From Dicyema japonicum (Eukaryota > Animalia > Dicyemida), in contig RDEW01000076.1 of assembly GCA_011109175.1 (NCBI GenBank), positions 1 through 64,000 of the forward strand: a stretch of DNA of 64,000 nucleotides, written 5' to 3'. Below are positions 25,126 through 38,585 of the stretch, piece after piece. Every line of letters begins with the position of its first letter. The stretch's first letter is position 1. The translations under genes and the position numbers were made by a program. The notes below the pieces were generated by a model. That model saw only the letters and a list, made by a program, of their open reading frames with translations, had not been told where the DNA came from and searched no databases.

Positions 25126-26902
25126 TTATTATTATTTATTATTTAAGCACTTCACAAGAGCCATACTAATTATAGCCCCGCATGTGCAGCAAAAGAAACA
25201 AGGTTAGATGTCATCCTTTTCCATGCTCCCCTGTTCCTAGCCAAGGCTCTCATGCTGTCCAGGTCGTCGGCATTTGTTAGATTTTTTTTATACTGACCAG
25301 GTCTTTTTGTAAGACTATTGGCAGTGTTGTTCTTGGTCTTCACCGATAGCGGCCTTCTTGACTAACATAGTATGTTTCCATAGATATGTTCGGTGGGGAA
25401 GTTAATTCCATCCTCAGCACGTGTCCGAAGAGCCTCCATCGGGATTCCAGTACTTCTAAGCTGATAGGTCTAGTGCTGCATCTCTTATATAAAGCATTCC
25501 TAGATATTCTCGTAGGCCAAGTAGTTCCTGTTATTTTTCTCAGCTGACCTCTGTGGAACGAGTCTAGTTTTTCATATCCGCTGATGAGGTCGCCCAAGTT
25601 CCAGCGTTATATAAAAGTACGGGTTTTATGAATGAGTCGTATAGTAGGATTCTCATTTTCGTGTCGATGCCTTTTTGATTGAGCCATAAATTCTTCAGTT
25701 TATATAACGCAGCATTGGCTAGAGTTTTCCTACGTAAAATATCTTCGCTATCTCCCATAAGTGAACCGAGTTTCTTTACTTGTCGCCACTTCTCTTCTAG
25801 GACGTTACTCATCCTTCTTATCTCTGTGAGTTCTGTTTTCTCTCTGTTCACAGTAAGAAACCATTTCCCTAGTACATCTGGTGCTTTTTCTAATAGGTTT
25901 TCCAGGACCTCTTTGTCTTCAGAAATTAGGTCTACATCGTCCGCGTAGATTACTTCTTCCGTCTTTCCTTGGTATGACGGTCTAAGTTCCCTCATAGCGG
26001 CTTCCAAATAAATTGTGAATAGTAGAGGAGAAAGAGAGTCTCCTTGTGGAGTGCCCGTATTTGTTTCAAATTTTCTTGAATAGGTTTTTCCGACTCTCAC
26101 AAGGAGCTCAGTGTTAGAAAGTAGAATTCGGATCATCCTTAGACTCGATTCATCAAGAAATCCGCCAGTACCCCCATTAATTTGTTCCTGTTAACCGTAT
26201 CAAAAGCTCTTGATAGGTCAATTCCCAAAATATTGGTGGCGTTACGGTATCTTTGATATGTTGCACACCTCCATCTGTGACTCCAGACCGCATCAGCTGT
26301 GGATCTCCCTTCTCGAAAACCACTTTGACTATCTGGTAGGTATTTGTAAGCAGGTCCTTTTATTCGTTCAAGCACAATGTTTGCCAAGACTTTGCGTAAT
26401 GAATTTAGTAGTATGATGGGTCGCAAATTTTCGAGCGGTCCTCTGTTTTTGTTAGTTTTTTGTATGGGGATTAGTAGTCCCGTACCCAGAGGTAGAGTTG
26501 AGTTAGTTGAAAACATTTCATTTAGTAGTGTAGCGATTTTTTCAAAAAGGAGGTCAGGGCCGTATTTCAGTAGTTCTGGGTTTATCGCATCTGGTCCGGG
26601 GCTTCTGTTATTCTTGAGTTTTCGGCAGGCCGTTTTGATTTCCTCGGCCGTGATTGGTATCTTAAGGGGTCTTGGCCTTCCATCGAATGGGTGGATTTCT
26701 ATGGTTTTGATGTTGAAAAGCTTCTCAAAGTGAGCCGCGATGGCTTCAGTTTGTTCTTTGGTGTTCAGTATCAGCTTACCGTTCTCGTCTTTTATGGTTA
26801 GTCGACTTCGGTTTGTTCGCCGCAGCAAACGGGCAGCGACGTATACCTGTGCGTTGTCTTTCACTTTGTTTACTTCTTCTATACAGGAGGCTATTTCTTC
26901 TA
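25126..26902 (-). mobile_element. Young 5'-truncated RTE-like LINE with 11-bp TSD
   Basis: Full RT (NLRPI, QSGFR, RAFD, GTPQGDSLSP, YADD) and RTE C-terminus, with only two apparent 1-nt frameshifts and an (AAT)n tail. TSD TGTGACATTTA at 25115-25125 and 26903-26913. Confidence 0.93.
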
Positions 26903-26931
26903 TGTGACATTTAATAATATTAAAAAATAAA

Positions 26932-29278
26932 TTAATCACAAATTTTATTAATACTTTTAAATTTATCGATCATATCATTAATAAAAACATTAAGCCTTTC
27001 GCCAGATTCCCTACATCTCAAATCAACCGTTACATTACGGCTTTCTCTGTCCCCAACAACTAAAATCAATAAAATACAAACTGGCCATATAATTATACTT
27101 ATTCATCCCAGTAGCAATCTTCTTGTTCAACGAAGTCGTCAAACTCACATCCAAATCACAATTGAACCCTTCATTCCTCAATTTCTGCCAGACCTAAATA
27201 TGTCCACCATAACTCAACCTGACTAGCATAATCATTAGATGACTGCCCAACCGAGATAACAACGCATTGGAAAGGGGACAACCAGAACGGCCTATTATAG
27301 TTTAACCACCATACCAATTTCCATTATAACTTTCACACAAAATGGCAAACATCCGCTCGAATGACCCAAGGATCGCACGATGAATGATGACTGGTCGCTC
27401 AAATTCTTGCTTATCACTAAAGAATATCACATAAATCTCAATGACCACGATTATCTAATCTTACTTTGTGTACACAAGCTCGAATCGCTCAGGAAGTTGA
27501 AAGTCAAGTTGAATGGTACCACACTGATGAGGTTTTCCTGAGGAATCGTGAATAAGCATATCAATCTTTACTACCACAAAAATAGTACTTTTGGTCCGTA
27601 AAATGCTCCATCTCCCTCATTCACGGTGAACTCGCACTTAAACTCCAACAAGGCTTCTTTCAGTTGCTAATGTTACCGTTAGTATACTACCCTCTCTGCT
27701 ACATCCCACATGTCAGCATCTCCTATGAAATCGTCTGGTCTCGTAGATAGCACGTGGGTCACACAAAATCCCAACTTGTTGTATACAATTTGGCTGAATT
27801 CCAAGCATCTGATAATCTCACTGGCAATCTTTAGTAAATAAAGATAATTACTTGAGTTTTTGTACAGAAAATATGACCATCATCCTGCTGGAACCTTCTC
27901 ACACGTGTTAGTCCCGTAAGTGTGCCTGAATACTCATTTCTATGGACGACACCCAACTCGGCCAATCTCAGAGGTAATTCCCTATACGATCGGGGACGGA
28001 ATGAATAAATAAGACTAAGCAGTAAGCCACATCAAGCAACCAATGTCCGGGACAGTTCATCGGTTTTAATCCGAATTTATCGTCATCCACGTCAAAAACA
28101 AACATATTTTTCTTCAATAAAATAATATCACTACCTGATAGTGATCCCAATGACCGGAGATCTCCCATAATTTTTTGTTAAAAATATTGGGGGTGATCAC
28201 CTCATCATAGTCAAATAGCTTATGCATGTACTACTTGCTGATAAACCACAACCTTTATCAGTTCCACCAATCTGTTATATATTACAACCCCCTTTGGAAG
28301 AAATATACAACTCCCAGGACTGTACTCATTAAATAGGAACAACTCTTGGGACTACCAAGTTAATAAAACTCCTACGTTCCCAATCCTCCTGTGATCCGAC
28401 TCTCTTGAGGTCTGCACTGATTTGCCGTATCGAGACAAATTATCCGACCGGGAGAAGGCCATCGCTGTCAAACGCAAAACACGGTCATTCGAGGGACTTT
28501 TAACGAAGGAATTCTAAGCCTTTCACTCAGATAATACATTGAGAGGCAAAATATGCTTAATCTCCGACAAATCGGGCAACAGGGGACCTTCCATCAAATT
28601 GATCAGATTCCCCCACCTTTAATAGAAATTGGGGGTTACGAGTATATTGATATCATCTCCGTCTCATCCTTTCCTTTTACACAATCAATAATGACTTTTT
28701 TATCGGAGAATTTTTTGGTCAGTTCACCAACAGACATTGAACTCATCGTCACTTGGGGACACTCGTTTTTAACTTTTTCACAAAAGTCCACGACATCCTT
28801 TAGAGATTTTTTGTTCAACTGTCTATTAATATTAAACCAGAAATACTTTAAATTTAAAAAATCACAGTAAAACTTATCCTCTCTAATTCCTGAGTCGTAT
28901 AGAACGGCGTCCTTAAAAACACTCCTAACGGCACAGGAAAGTAAGAATATCGCAGTGTTGGCAAATACAGTACTCCCCCCTTTGTCGTTGAGAGTAATAA
29001 ACTCCAAATTGCAACTCTTCACTAACTTTTTCCTTAAATCCCACATAACTCCATCAACACGTGCTGCAACGAATTGGTTAGAATTTGGAAGCCTTAAATG
29101 GTTAGTATGGATACATTAAGTCATTTAATATCTCATGTGGAGTTTTCGGCATTACTTGTATTTTGTTATTTTGTAGGTGAACTGTCAAAGGGGGTTTGTA
29201 GCTGCAATAATATACCTTTAAATTAAATTTCGTTAACTAATTTGTTTATTATCAAATTAATACAATTCTTGAAAACAT
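26932..29278 (-). CDS. TARS2: Threonyl-tRNA synthetase, probably mitochondrial; 15 introns (22-27 nt, one of 48 nt)
   Basis: N-terminal MFSRILTKFNLK is presequence-like, followed by a TGS domain; [72 protein letters not shown]; the frame splices cleanly. Confidence 0.93.
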
Positions 29279-29884
29279 GCTGACACTAGAACAATTTTTG
29301 TTTTAAAAATATTTTAAAATTATAATATTTATTAAATTTAATTTAAATCATAATTCATTTATCTGTTATGGCTATTTTTGATTCATCCTCTGTTCTTTTC
29401 GCAACCTTACGAGTCGACTGCAAGTCATTTTTTTGAAAAAATAAAGCCCTTCCGTCAAGGAGTAGGTAATGTTTACACTACTTTAAGAACTCCCATTTTA
29501 TTAATAAGAACAGTTAAATCACCTTTTTATGTCCTGAGTTAGTACACTATTCGTTTACAATGCCAGAATTTGCCGATCTAGGAAAGTGACCGGCATTTGC
29601 TGCGTCTTACTTAATATCCGCTGGTCTCCTACAAGTTAGTGAGGCCGGGGTTATTTAATTAACTAAATATTTATACTGTATGTAACCTCACTCTGACAAT
29701 TTTGGAGGACCATTAGGTCGACTGCATTTTACTTCACACAAATGGAGGGGTCGTTCACTTTAGACATCCCGGTTTTCTCTTCCTACAATTTGTTAAGTAA
29801 ATATTTAAAATTAACTCAGTAAATTTAAGAAATTCTTCATTAATATATTTTTTTTAATATTATTCAATGTTATTTAAAAATTAG

Positions 29885-30750
29885 AAGGATCCCCTTTATC
29901 ACCCGCCTTATTTAACTTATACATGTCCGATTTACCGCAAATTGATAATAAAGACGATTTCATCCTATCATATGCTGATGACTTATTAATCGGATCCCGC
30001 GATCAAGATATCCCAAAGGCATCAGATAGACTACAAGAATACCTTCACAGGATTCAAATTTGGCTAAATTATAACCGGCTTGATATATCTACTGAAAAAT
30101 CTTTTTCGTCCTTATTTACCTCAGACAAACGACTTGGACAAATGACATATGTCAACCAGACCAAATTACTTTTCACGAAGAAACTGAAAATCTTAGGGAT
30201 CACCTTTGACACACACGTCCTTTTCATCGACGGCATCTCTGGAAGCTGCTCAAGAAAGCTAGGGATAATCAAAACTATTTTCTGTGCCATTAAAACCCCT
30301 ATCCCAGCTTTGAAATTGTTGTACAAACAATTCATTGAGCCATCTGTCAGCTATGCCTGTACGTCATGGGGAATCAATCCGTCCTGGACGAACAAACAAA
30401 GAGAATCCGCGACATTCAGGCCTTAACAATCACTACTATTAGTAATCTCGGGAAACTAGAAAAACTAATACCCTCATCACTTGAAGACCTTATCCGACAA
30501 AATAAAAAAAGATTTGCAACCATGTGCAGGCAGTGCAACTCTCAACAATACACAGCCACGACGTGTCTTATGAGAATGGTATACATCACCCCTCTCCAAT
30601 TCCTATTCCCGAAACCACCCCGCCCACAGAGCAGTTGTGTTTGATCCCAGAAGGCGCACGAGGAGAAAATGAGAATTCAGATTGAGGCCTTCGAGATCAC
30701 TTAATTAATTTAGTAATTAAATTAACTATTGGTGTTCTTGGGTTAATAAT
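29885..30750 (+). mobile_element. Jockey/CR1-like LINE RT and 3' end remnant
   Basis: GSPLSPALFNLYM, YADD, ILGITFD, LYKQFIEP; TTCTTGGGTTAATAATAA terminus. A related inverted remnant lies at 31800-32370. Confidence 0.85.
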
Positions 30751-32830
30751 AAGCGCCCTTTTTAATCTTCATACTGTGTGTGGTCGGCATTTGCTGCGTC
30801 CTACTTAATAGCCTTATTACAAGTTAGTTACTTAACCAAATAACTAACTGATCTTCCTACGAGTTACTTATATCCATAGATATCGAATAGCAGACTTATG
30901 ATATCCGCAAACATTTGGTTGTTGTCCTTGGAGTTTCGCGGCATATACTCTTGAAGGTAGCTTGTGAATAGCACATCGTCTGTTCCTTTAGTGTAAATCT
31001 ATTTAACATGTTGTCTTCTCAATTTCTTTTTGCGCGATGTCTCCTCTCGACTGTTTGGATGTTCACTCTCCAAACTTCAGGGTCAAAAAAAATATTAGAT
31101 CCATCATTCGCACATCTCTCGACAGAAGGAGCACCAATCAATCACTATCCTCGGCTGATCTTTAGCTTCTGATTGATTTCCATGCTCGACTGATTACTTG
31201 TCCACATATAAGTGGGGCTCAAGATTTTTATAATTCAGGATGACTTCCTTGATCATTCAAAAATTAAAACCTCGGAACTAGCTGTTGATTTAAGTAGTCC
31301 TTCTGCATCAACGGCATTTCCAGATCTTCTTGTCATCTCCCCGTTCCCAGTTCTCTGCCAAAAGGAGAATTATGCCTATTCGATGTGACTTGCATTCTTC
31401 AAACCACTCCAGAGACTGAGTTCAGATTCGCGTATTAAAACTACCTAAGATTAAATCTTGGAATCTACAAGCTTCAGGGACGTCTGCCGCCAAAAGTTGT
31501 GGGAAGCTAGTTCCTACCCCTGGTGAGATATTGTCATCATGCCGTGCTTCCGCTACGGTCACCATACGGATTAACAAGAATTTGACAGAATCGGATTATA
31601 TGCTTAGTAGCTGTGCTCTTTCCACCTTCTTACGATCACACCCACCTTTTTTCTCGTCCTCGTCGTTTTCGAATCCTTCGCCATAATTATTATTACCTCA
31701 GGATCACCGGGTTAAAAGGAAAAGAGTAAGTTCTTAACTAATTAAGTGACCAAGTGACCAAGGCCGATACAGGAAGGTCTTATCAGACGTGACGAGAATT
31801 ATGGAAGGCTCTCCAGTAAGGATATGTGGTTATCTTGGTTTTAAGGTATTTGTTCATGCTTTCATACAAGGGGCTGTTAGGTAGAGTAGCTACCCCCACC
31901 ATCTTCTGTTGTCATCCAATTAAAACTACTTCCAGGGGAGTGTACAAAAAATTGCTGCCAATGACTTCTGGGAGCCTCCTAGATTGTAGACATTTTCACG
32001 AGAGAAGAATGGGAAATGGGCATTGACCACCACTCACTTGCGTAGGTCAATGCTGATTCCACAAAGTGCCGATAGACAGCGGAAAGAGGCCCACCGGTTT
32101 TGAGATTATCTTCAGGATCTTCATTCTTGTAAGTGCCGCATTCACCAGATTCTCGACATGTTTTGCGAATATAATTCTCAAACGTCACTCCCAGGATAAT
32201 TAGTGTGGCCGTAAAGGGGATTACCACATCGTTAATCATAGTCTTAGGCTTCCTTGTATGTTGTCTGCAAGATGTGAAGAGACTCACAAATGATTTTGTA
32301 CGTGACACCTCTAGGAGTTTTACTTTCAACCATTGGTCATGGAATTGAGCATTCAAATCCTTCGGCATCCAGATATACCTGACAGATCTATGTGAACGTC
32401 CGCTTTCGGTAGTTACTTTTTCGTTATCCGCCGGTTTTCTTCATTTAGAGAAACCGGGGGTAAATCAATAGAGTAGAAACCTCGGCAACATACTTAACGG
32501 AAACGATTAATAGATAATATCGAGAGAGACCAAGAATGACGGGTTATTCTGAATGATGATCAATAAAAGATAAAGATCAAAGTGATGACTACAAAAGACC
32601 CGGAAAGTATCCGTAAAAAGTGTACAACAGAGGGAAGATAAGGCGAGGCGACACAACATGAATATTAATAATCGAAGTGTGCTTAATAATTTCTCTAAAT
32701 TTCTACTTCTTATAATGCACATTATTGCTGTCCACTCAAACTTGAATCACTTTTAATTTCATATTTTTAATTCATACACGTGTCCTTACAAATACATGAC
32801 AGGCGATTAAATTTAACTTTTAGATCAATA

Positions 32831-34290
32831 CAGTCGAACCCCGGTGTGGGGCATCAAAGTGCCCCAAAAAGCGGGGGTGCCCTCCAAAACCGGGGTTTGG
32901 TTCAAACTATTGATTTATGGTTGATTTAACTTAAATTTTTGTTTACTTTGCGAAAAAGGAACTTCTTCACTTCTTCCTAAGTGTTTATAAAATAAGTTGT
33001 GATTTTTTGCTCTTTAGTTTGATAGATTTTTATTCAATGTTTTTATTCGATTTTTATTAATTAACAAATCATTATTTTTAAAGCATTTTTTTGAAATAAT
33101 CAGTCAATTTCAAATTTTTTTATTTCTTAGATCTTTTCCAAGTTGAAATCTAAACTCATAATATTTTTGTAATGTCTCAAAAGATGTATTTTGAGCTACA
33201 TTTTCTAACTTATCCATCATTTCATAAGTTTCTGATATCGTCGTTTTGTCCTCTGTGTCAACTCCATTATAAAACTCGCAACTCTTGACTAGATCTTCGT
33301 TTTCTTCAGATATTACTTCAGATACTATTTCTTCCAGGAGTTCTTCCACAATTTTTATCTTCAACTGATTCTTCTCTATTTTCCTCAATTTTCTTCCAAC
33401 AATTAATTATTGTTGCTTCTTTAACTTCCATCCACGCTTTTTTAACAAGTACCATAATCTGTCGCATATCTATATTTTTCAAAGATTTAAGATTAATTGT
33501 TGTATCTTCATCCAAATTGATCATAAAATCCATTAGGAAGTTTATGTACTTTAAAACACTTTATTATACCCATGTCTAAAGGTTGAATCAAAGATGTTGT
33601 GTTTTTCGGAAGAAAAAACAATTTAACATTCGAGTATTCTAATAAATAATGGCATGTAGCATTATCCATTATTAAAAGTATTTTTCTATCTCGTGAGAGA
33701 AAGTCGTCGTTAATCTTTGAAAGCCACATTTTGAAAATTTCTCTATTCATCCAGGAATTTGTGACGCTGCATATAAAATACCGAATTTTTCACAATCAAA
33801 ATCTATGTTAAAATATAATTAAGCAAACTTTTCATACAACGTGGTGATTTGTATTTTCCAATAACAAGGGGTCTTAATTTATTTCCTGCTGCATTACAGC
33901 AAAGGAGAACTGTTACTCTTTCTTTACTGAATTTTGTACCATGACATGTTTCTATAGATTCGACATAAGATCTTGAAGGAAATTTTTTAACATACAATGA
34001 TGTTTCATCACAGTTAAAAATATTTTCATGACCATAAGTTTTCAACAAATTATCGAATTGAAAGAAAAAATTTGCCAAATTACTTTTATCTGCTGAATTT
34101 TTTTCACCACAAATGGCTTTAAAAACCAGATCATGTCTCTTTTTAAATCTGTCTAACCAACCGTTTGAGGATTTAAAAGATGTTGAATAATTCAATTTTG
34201 TCGATATTTTTTTCGCGATGGCTTTGATTAAAGTACCCGAAATAGAAAAGGAATCATCCCTCAAACGACGAAAAGCATTAAAAGTTCTAG
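32831..34290 (-). mobile_element. pogo/Tigger DNA transposon, frameshifted, one terminus visible
   Basis: HTH FKSSNGWLDRFKKRH; NCDET, MDNATCH, QPLDMGII; TA-CAGTCGAACC terminus at 32829-32840. Confidence 0.9.
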
Positions 34291-34586
34291 TTTGACGGAC
34301 ATTATTTAACCACTCATAAGTACGTTGAAAAATAATTTGAACAAAAAATCAATAATATGAATTAAATTTAGGGCTCAATTGGACAAGGCGCTCTCAGAGC
34401 TGTTTCAGCAACCAGAATCGAATCTGCTTGAGGAGGATAGGGCGAGCAGGCAGGCGAAGAAAGTTGTTGATTGCTAAATATTAACTTTTTTGTTGGTTAA
34501 AATGAAGCTGAGTTGAATTAAATTTAAATTAATTATTTATTCCATAATTAATTTATTTTAATTTAAATAATACTGTTATTGATCTA

Positions 34587-35241
34587 ATGGGAAAAAGTGG
34601 CAGTTCTAGTTCAAGCAGTTCAAGCTCAAGCAGTTCTGGTGATGATAAACATCACAAAAAATCACATAAAAAACAAGGAAAAACATCCGACAAAAAATCA
34701 GAGAAAAAGCTAAGAAAAAAGTTAATTAAACAGGTGAAACAAAAATGACATTTTCTAGGGTTTGTTACCTTCCAGACTACAAGGGACCCATACCTTTCCA
34801 TTTGCTCAATCAACAAAATCCCTCCCAAAGTCCGGTTTTTCCATATTCCTCACATATGCATAATCCTCATGGAAATCCTGGACAAAGTCCTTATCCTGCT
34901 TCCCAAGGACATGGAGTCCAATATCCTCATGGAAATCCTGGACAAAGTCCTTATCCTGCCTCCCAAGGGCATGGAGTCCAATATCCTCATGGAAATCCTG
35001 GACAAAGTCCTTATCCTGCTTCCCAAGGGCATGGAGTCCAATATCCTCATGGAACTGCTGGACAGAATCCTAACTTCTACGGACATAATCAAAGTGATTC
35101 CGGGTACCAATACCAGGGTCAGCCATATCCCCCTGGAATGTGTCCAATGGGAGAGTCAATCCCTCGGCTCCAAAATATCCTTTCAAAAATCCCAACAAGT
35201 GTAATCCCGAATTCCCAAAGGATTACAAATATAACCCTTAA
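34587..35241 (+). CDS. Orphan low-complexity protein (Ser tract, Lys-rich block, Pro/Gly/Gln/Tyr repeats); model needs a 25-nt intron and two 1-nt corrections
   Basis: ATG follows an AT-rich spacer; MGKSGSSSS..KKLIKQ|GLLP..; GT-AG intron 34734-34758; repeat-coding ORF 34745-35272. Confidence 0.55.
34863..35054 (+). repeat. Coding tandem repeat, 60 bp x about 3.2
   Basis: Unit encodes PHGNPGQSPYPASQGHGVQY; differences between the three full units are synonymous in this frame. Confidence 0.95.
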
Positions 35242-36339
35242 CCTTAGTTATTCGTTAATATTAACCTCTTAAAGTAGCACAGTGGAATATTTGTTATAAT
35301 TTGGACACGTGGACTCTTACTTCACATTCACTCTAAGACATTAAGCTTCTCCTATAATGGATGAAATAGAAAATGATCTTTATGATATAAGGGCAGAGAC
35401 CAATAGACCGGTCCCCATTAGAAGAGGTCGAAAGTTTGATTTTTAATATTAATGCTAAAATGAGATTTTGGGAATCAATTTAGCTTTAGAGGCCCGTTGA
35501 CAGGTCTCCAAGATAGAAGAGGTCGAACTTCAATCCACATTAAAAATTATTATTAAGGGTGGCTACTCTTAAAATTGAAAGCGCATATCCCCTCACGATT
35601 TGAAGGAAATACTCTCAATGAGCCATCTCCTTTCTTGGTTATCTCTTTCCTCTCGCAATAAACGACCTGATACAATTCACCGGATTGGTGAGCTACTCTC
35701 GATGATCCTCAAGGTTACGGTTGCGACCGGTTCAAAGATGTACTTTGAGACTTTCGTGTTTTTAATGGTTTCGCCCTTCTCAAAAGTTGGTCCTGCATGA
35801 GTTGCCTTCAATCAAGATTTGAGGAAGAAAAGCCATCAACATAAGTAGCGTTTCAAGCGAGGTATTTACCACCTTTCCGTGGAAAAAAGGTTGCCCTGTC
35901 AGGTCTTTTGTTTGCTGAGTACAGTTTAGGAGGCTTCCAGTCTATAATTTTATTGTTGGTTCTATTCTTCTGATAATTTTCAGTGGTCCACCGGCAAAAG
36001 TGAGGACGGAGACCAATTACATCAACCTTTTTGCCGCATCTACAACTATGGGTCAACAAAAACATCCAATTTTCTACAACTGCTTGAGCCATGCGTGCTA
36101 GTGGTTCAACTTTCGATCAGTATATGTGGAGTAGGATCTGGCCTGAGACCTGTAGAAGAATTGACTGAAGAGAGGAAAGTCGCTAGGGAGAATTAAAGTG
36201 ATGAGAGGATCCCAACTCCTCCAACTCGAATAGTAGCTTACATTATATTCAGCCAGTTTCATCAAGAAAAATCTTCATTATTTCCATAGCAGCCCTTAGG
36301 GTCTCCTCCATGGTTCCCAAGAGGCCCATGTTCGTGAGA

Positions 36340-36700
36340 TAAAAAATCTCGGTTTTTCTTCGCGGGCTGCAAAAAATTTTTAAGAAAACTAAAATTTGTT
36401 AACTAAAATTAATGTGAGAATTGAATCTGCTTTCCTTTTACTATTCTTTCAAACAGGGACTCAGTTTTGATGACGACGTACGTAAGGGATGCATAAGATG
36501 TTCATCAGTTAATTGATTGGAAAATTTGGTTTTGATCCCTGGAGTCTGCTTAACATAGCTTCACAAACATACGTTGATACATACGCATTTGTAACCAAAT
36601 TTGGGTATTTTAAAATTGAAATTCTACTCCAAAATTCTAATAGTTGACTTTTCTTAAATATTGCGGTGAGTTCTATATCCGACTTTAACACGTTTTTCAG
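36340..36700 (-). mobile_element. hAT dimerisation-domain remnant
   Basis: LLEFWSRI..KYPNL..STYVCEAMLS. Confidence 0.6.
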
Positions 36701-37934
36701 ACATCACAAAGAATATTAATGATGTTAATTAAATTTTATTGCAAAAAATATTTAATATAAAAACAATATTTAAAATATGTAAATTTTTTATAATTTTAAG
36801 CGGGCCCGGCCTAAGTAGCAGCAGGCCGCAAGCGGAGAGCCGCTGTCTTAGTTTATTCCCATGCACTTAGGATTATTGGGGGGGTCCATTGCCCTAACTC
36901 TGTTCATTCTCGGAATAGGAATGTTCTTCTGCTCTTTTGAACGTGGTCCTCCAAACAATGTGTTGGAGAATCTGAGAAGACTAATACTCCAACTAGAAAG
37001 CCTCAGTTTAACACCGAACATCGAAAGACAAATCATTCTACAACCCACCAGCCTGAAGTACTCGGATGCTCCCTTACCGAGCGAAAAATTAGTGACTCCC
37101 TTAAGACAGTAAAGCAACTAAGGAAAACATTCGCACGTCGGAATGCTGGTCATACATATTTCCTTTCTTAATGAGGAACGCTTCAAAAACTGAACAAGGT
37201 CTTTCGCGATACATCTTGTTTTTTGAGAATGCAACAGCTCGAATCAATCGACTCCCGTTTTAAATCCACTACCGAAATCTAACGAACTGTGATCAATAAC
37301 TCTACTTATTCTATCTCATCCCAAATTGATACCTTATCTGAACTCCTGTCAACCCTTACCGAATCACAAAAATACAAAATATTCAGATGATAGGCCACCG
37401 GAAAGGTAAAAGCTAAATGAGGCAGAAAGACTTAAAAATAGCGAAATTATGTCGTAAAATGTGCACTGGAGTAGTTCGAATTTATTTCGCTGCCCCACAC
37501 TGGAATATGGGAAAAGGCCCGTTGGTGTTTCAACCTTTCTGTTCAAGAAGAAACCACTATTATGAAGCGTCACATGTGTCGACTCCCTATCTCCTGGTAT
37601 CTATGGAGATACGGCAACTAAGCTAAAGAAAATAAACATTGGTTTTTTTCGACCAGTTCACATTCTGATTTAATGTTGTCGAGACAACTTGAGTGATGAA
37701 TAAGAAGCCTTACGACTCAGAATTCGAGATATCTTGATTCATTTTGGAATTACATTTTAATAACAATTTATCACTTATATCAGCCTTTAGTCATAATTAC
37801 GTATCACTGATAAAACAGTGGCTTCAGATAAGAGTTTCCATTACTTAAACCCACCTTTGGCAGAACTCACTTTATTTTAAAAAGAGTAATGTTAATTAAT
37901 CCAAGACATATCCAAGATAATGTTTGACTTCTCA

Positions 37935-38110
37935 TTCGTTTCGTCTTGTTTGTGTCTGACTCCTGAAGACAATCCAGTTCCGCAGTGATAAGACACTGAT
38001 GTCACTCGTCAACTCCAAAGCATCGTAGATGCGTGGAACCTTCGACCGAATGGACAGCAGCGAGATTCTAACCAGGGACCTCATGATTCTGGTGCGGAAC
38101 TCACTACACC
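37935..38110 (-). mobile_element. Degenerate copy of the tRNA-derived SINE
   Basis: Shares AGACAATCCAGTTCCG, CACTCGTCAA, AGCATCGTAGATGCGTGGAACCTTC and GCAGCGAGATTC with 44140-44255. Confidence 0.8.
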
Positions 38111-38585
38111 AAGTTTTTTTCACAGCAATAACCCACACTTACAAGAGCCTCTGCAAGATTAAAGAATCCTCATTAATTAAAGGTCACCATATCTTGAGAT
38201 CATCAATTCCGATAAAGTCGCTTTAAAACCCTGGTTTGACACTCACTTATATTTTATTTCATGAATTTTCGCTCTCCTCTAAGTCTGGGGTCCTTAACAT
38301 TGCTTTTACATAAAAATCATTTTCACCCCATTTTGAGTGACTCACTGGAACTTTAAGGTGACAGACGCTAGGGTCACAAGAAACCCCAAGTTCTGAGCGA
38401 AGGAATTGTCGGATTCATAAAGTACCCATTCGTACGTTCACACCCCATCCGTTCCAAAATCCAAGTAAATTTGGGGATCATCCAAACTGCATACAAGGTT
38501 AACCGATTCCTTAAGGGTTACCCATAATTTAAATATTTCAGAGAAAATTCATTAAATTAAAGATATCGTCCAAATAGGTTGATTA

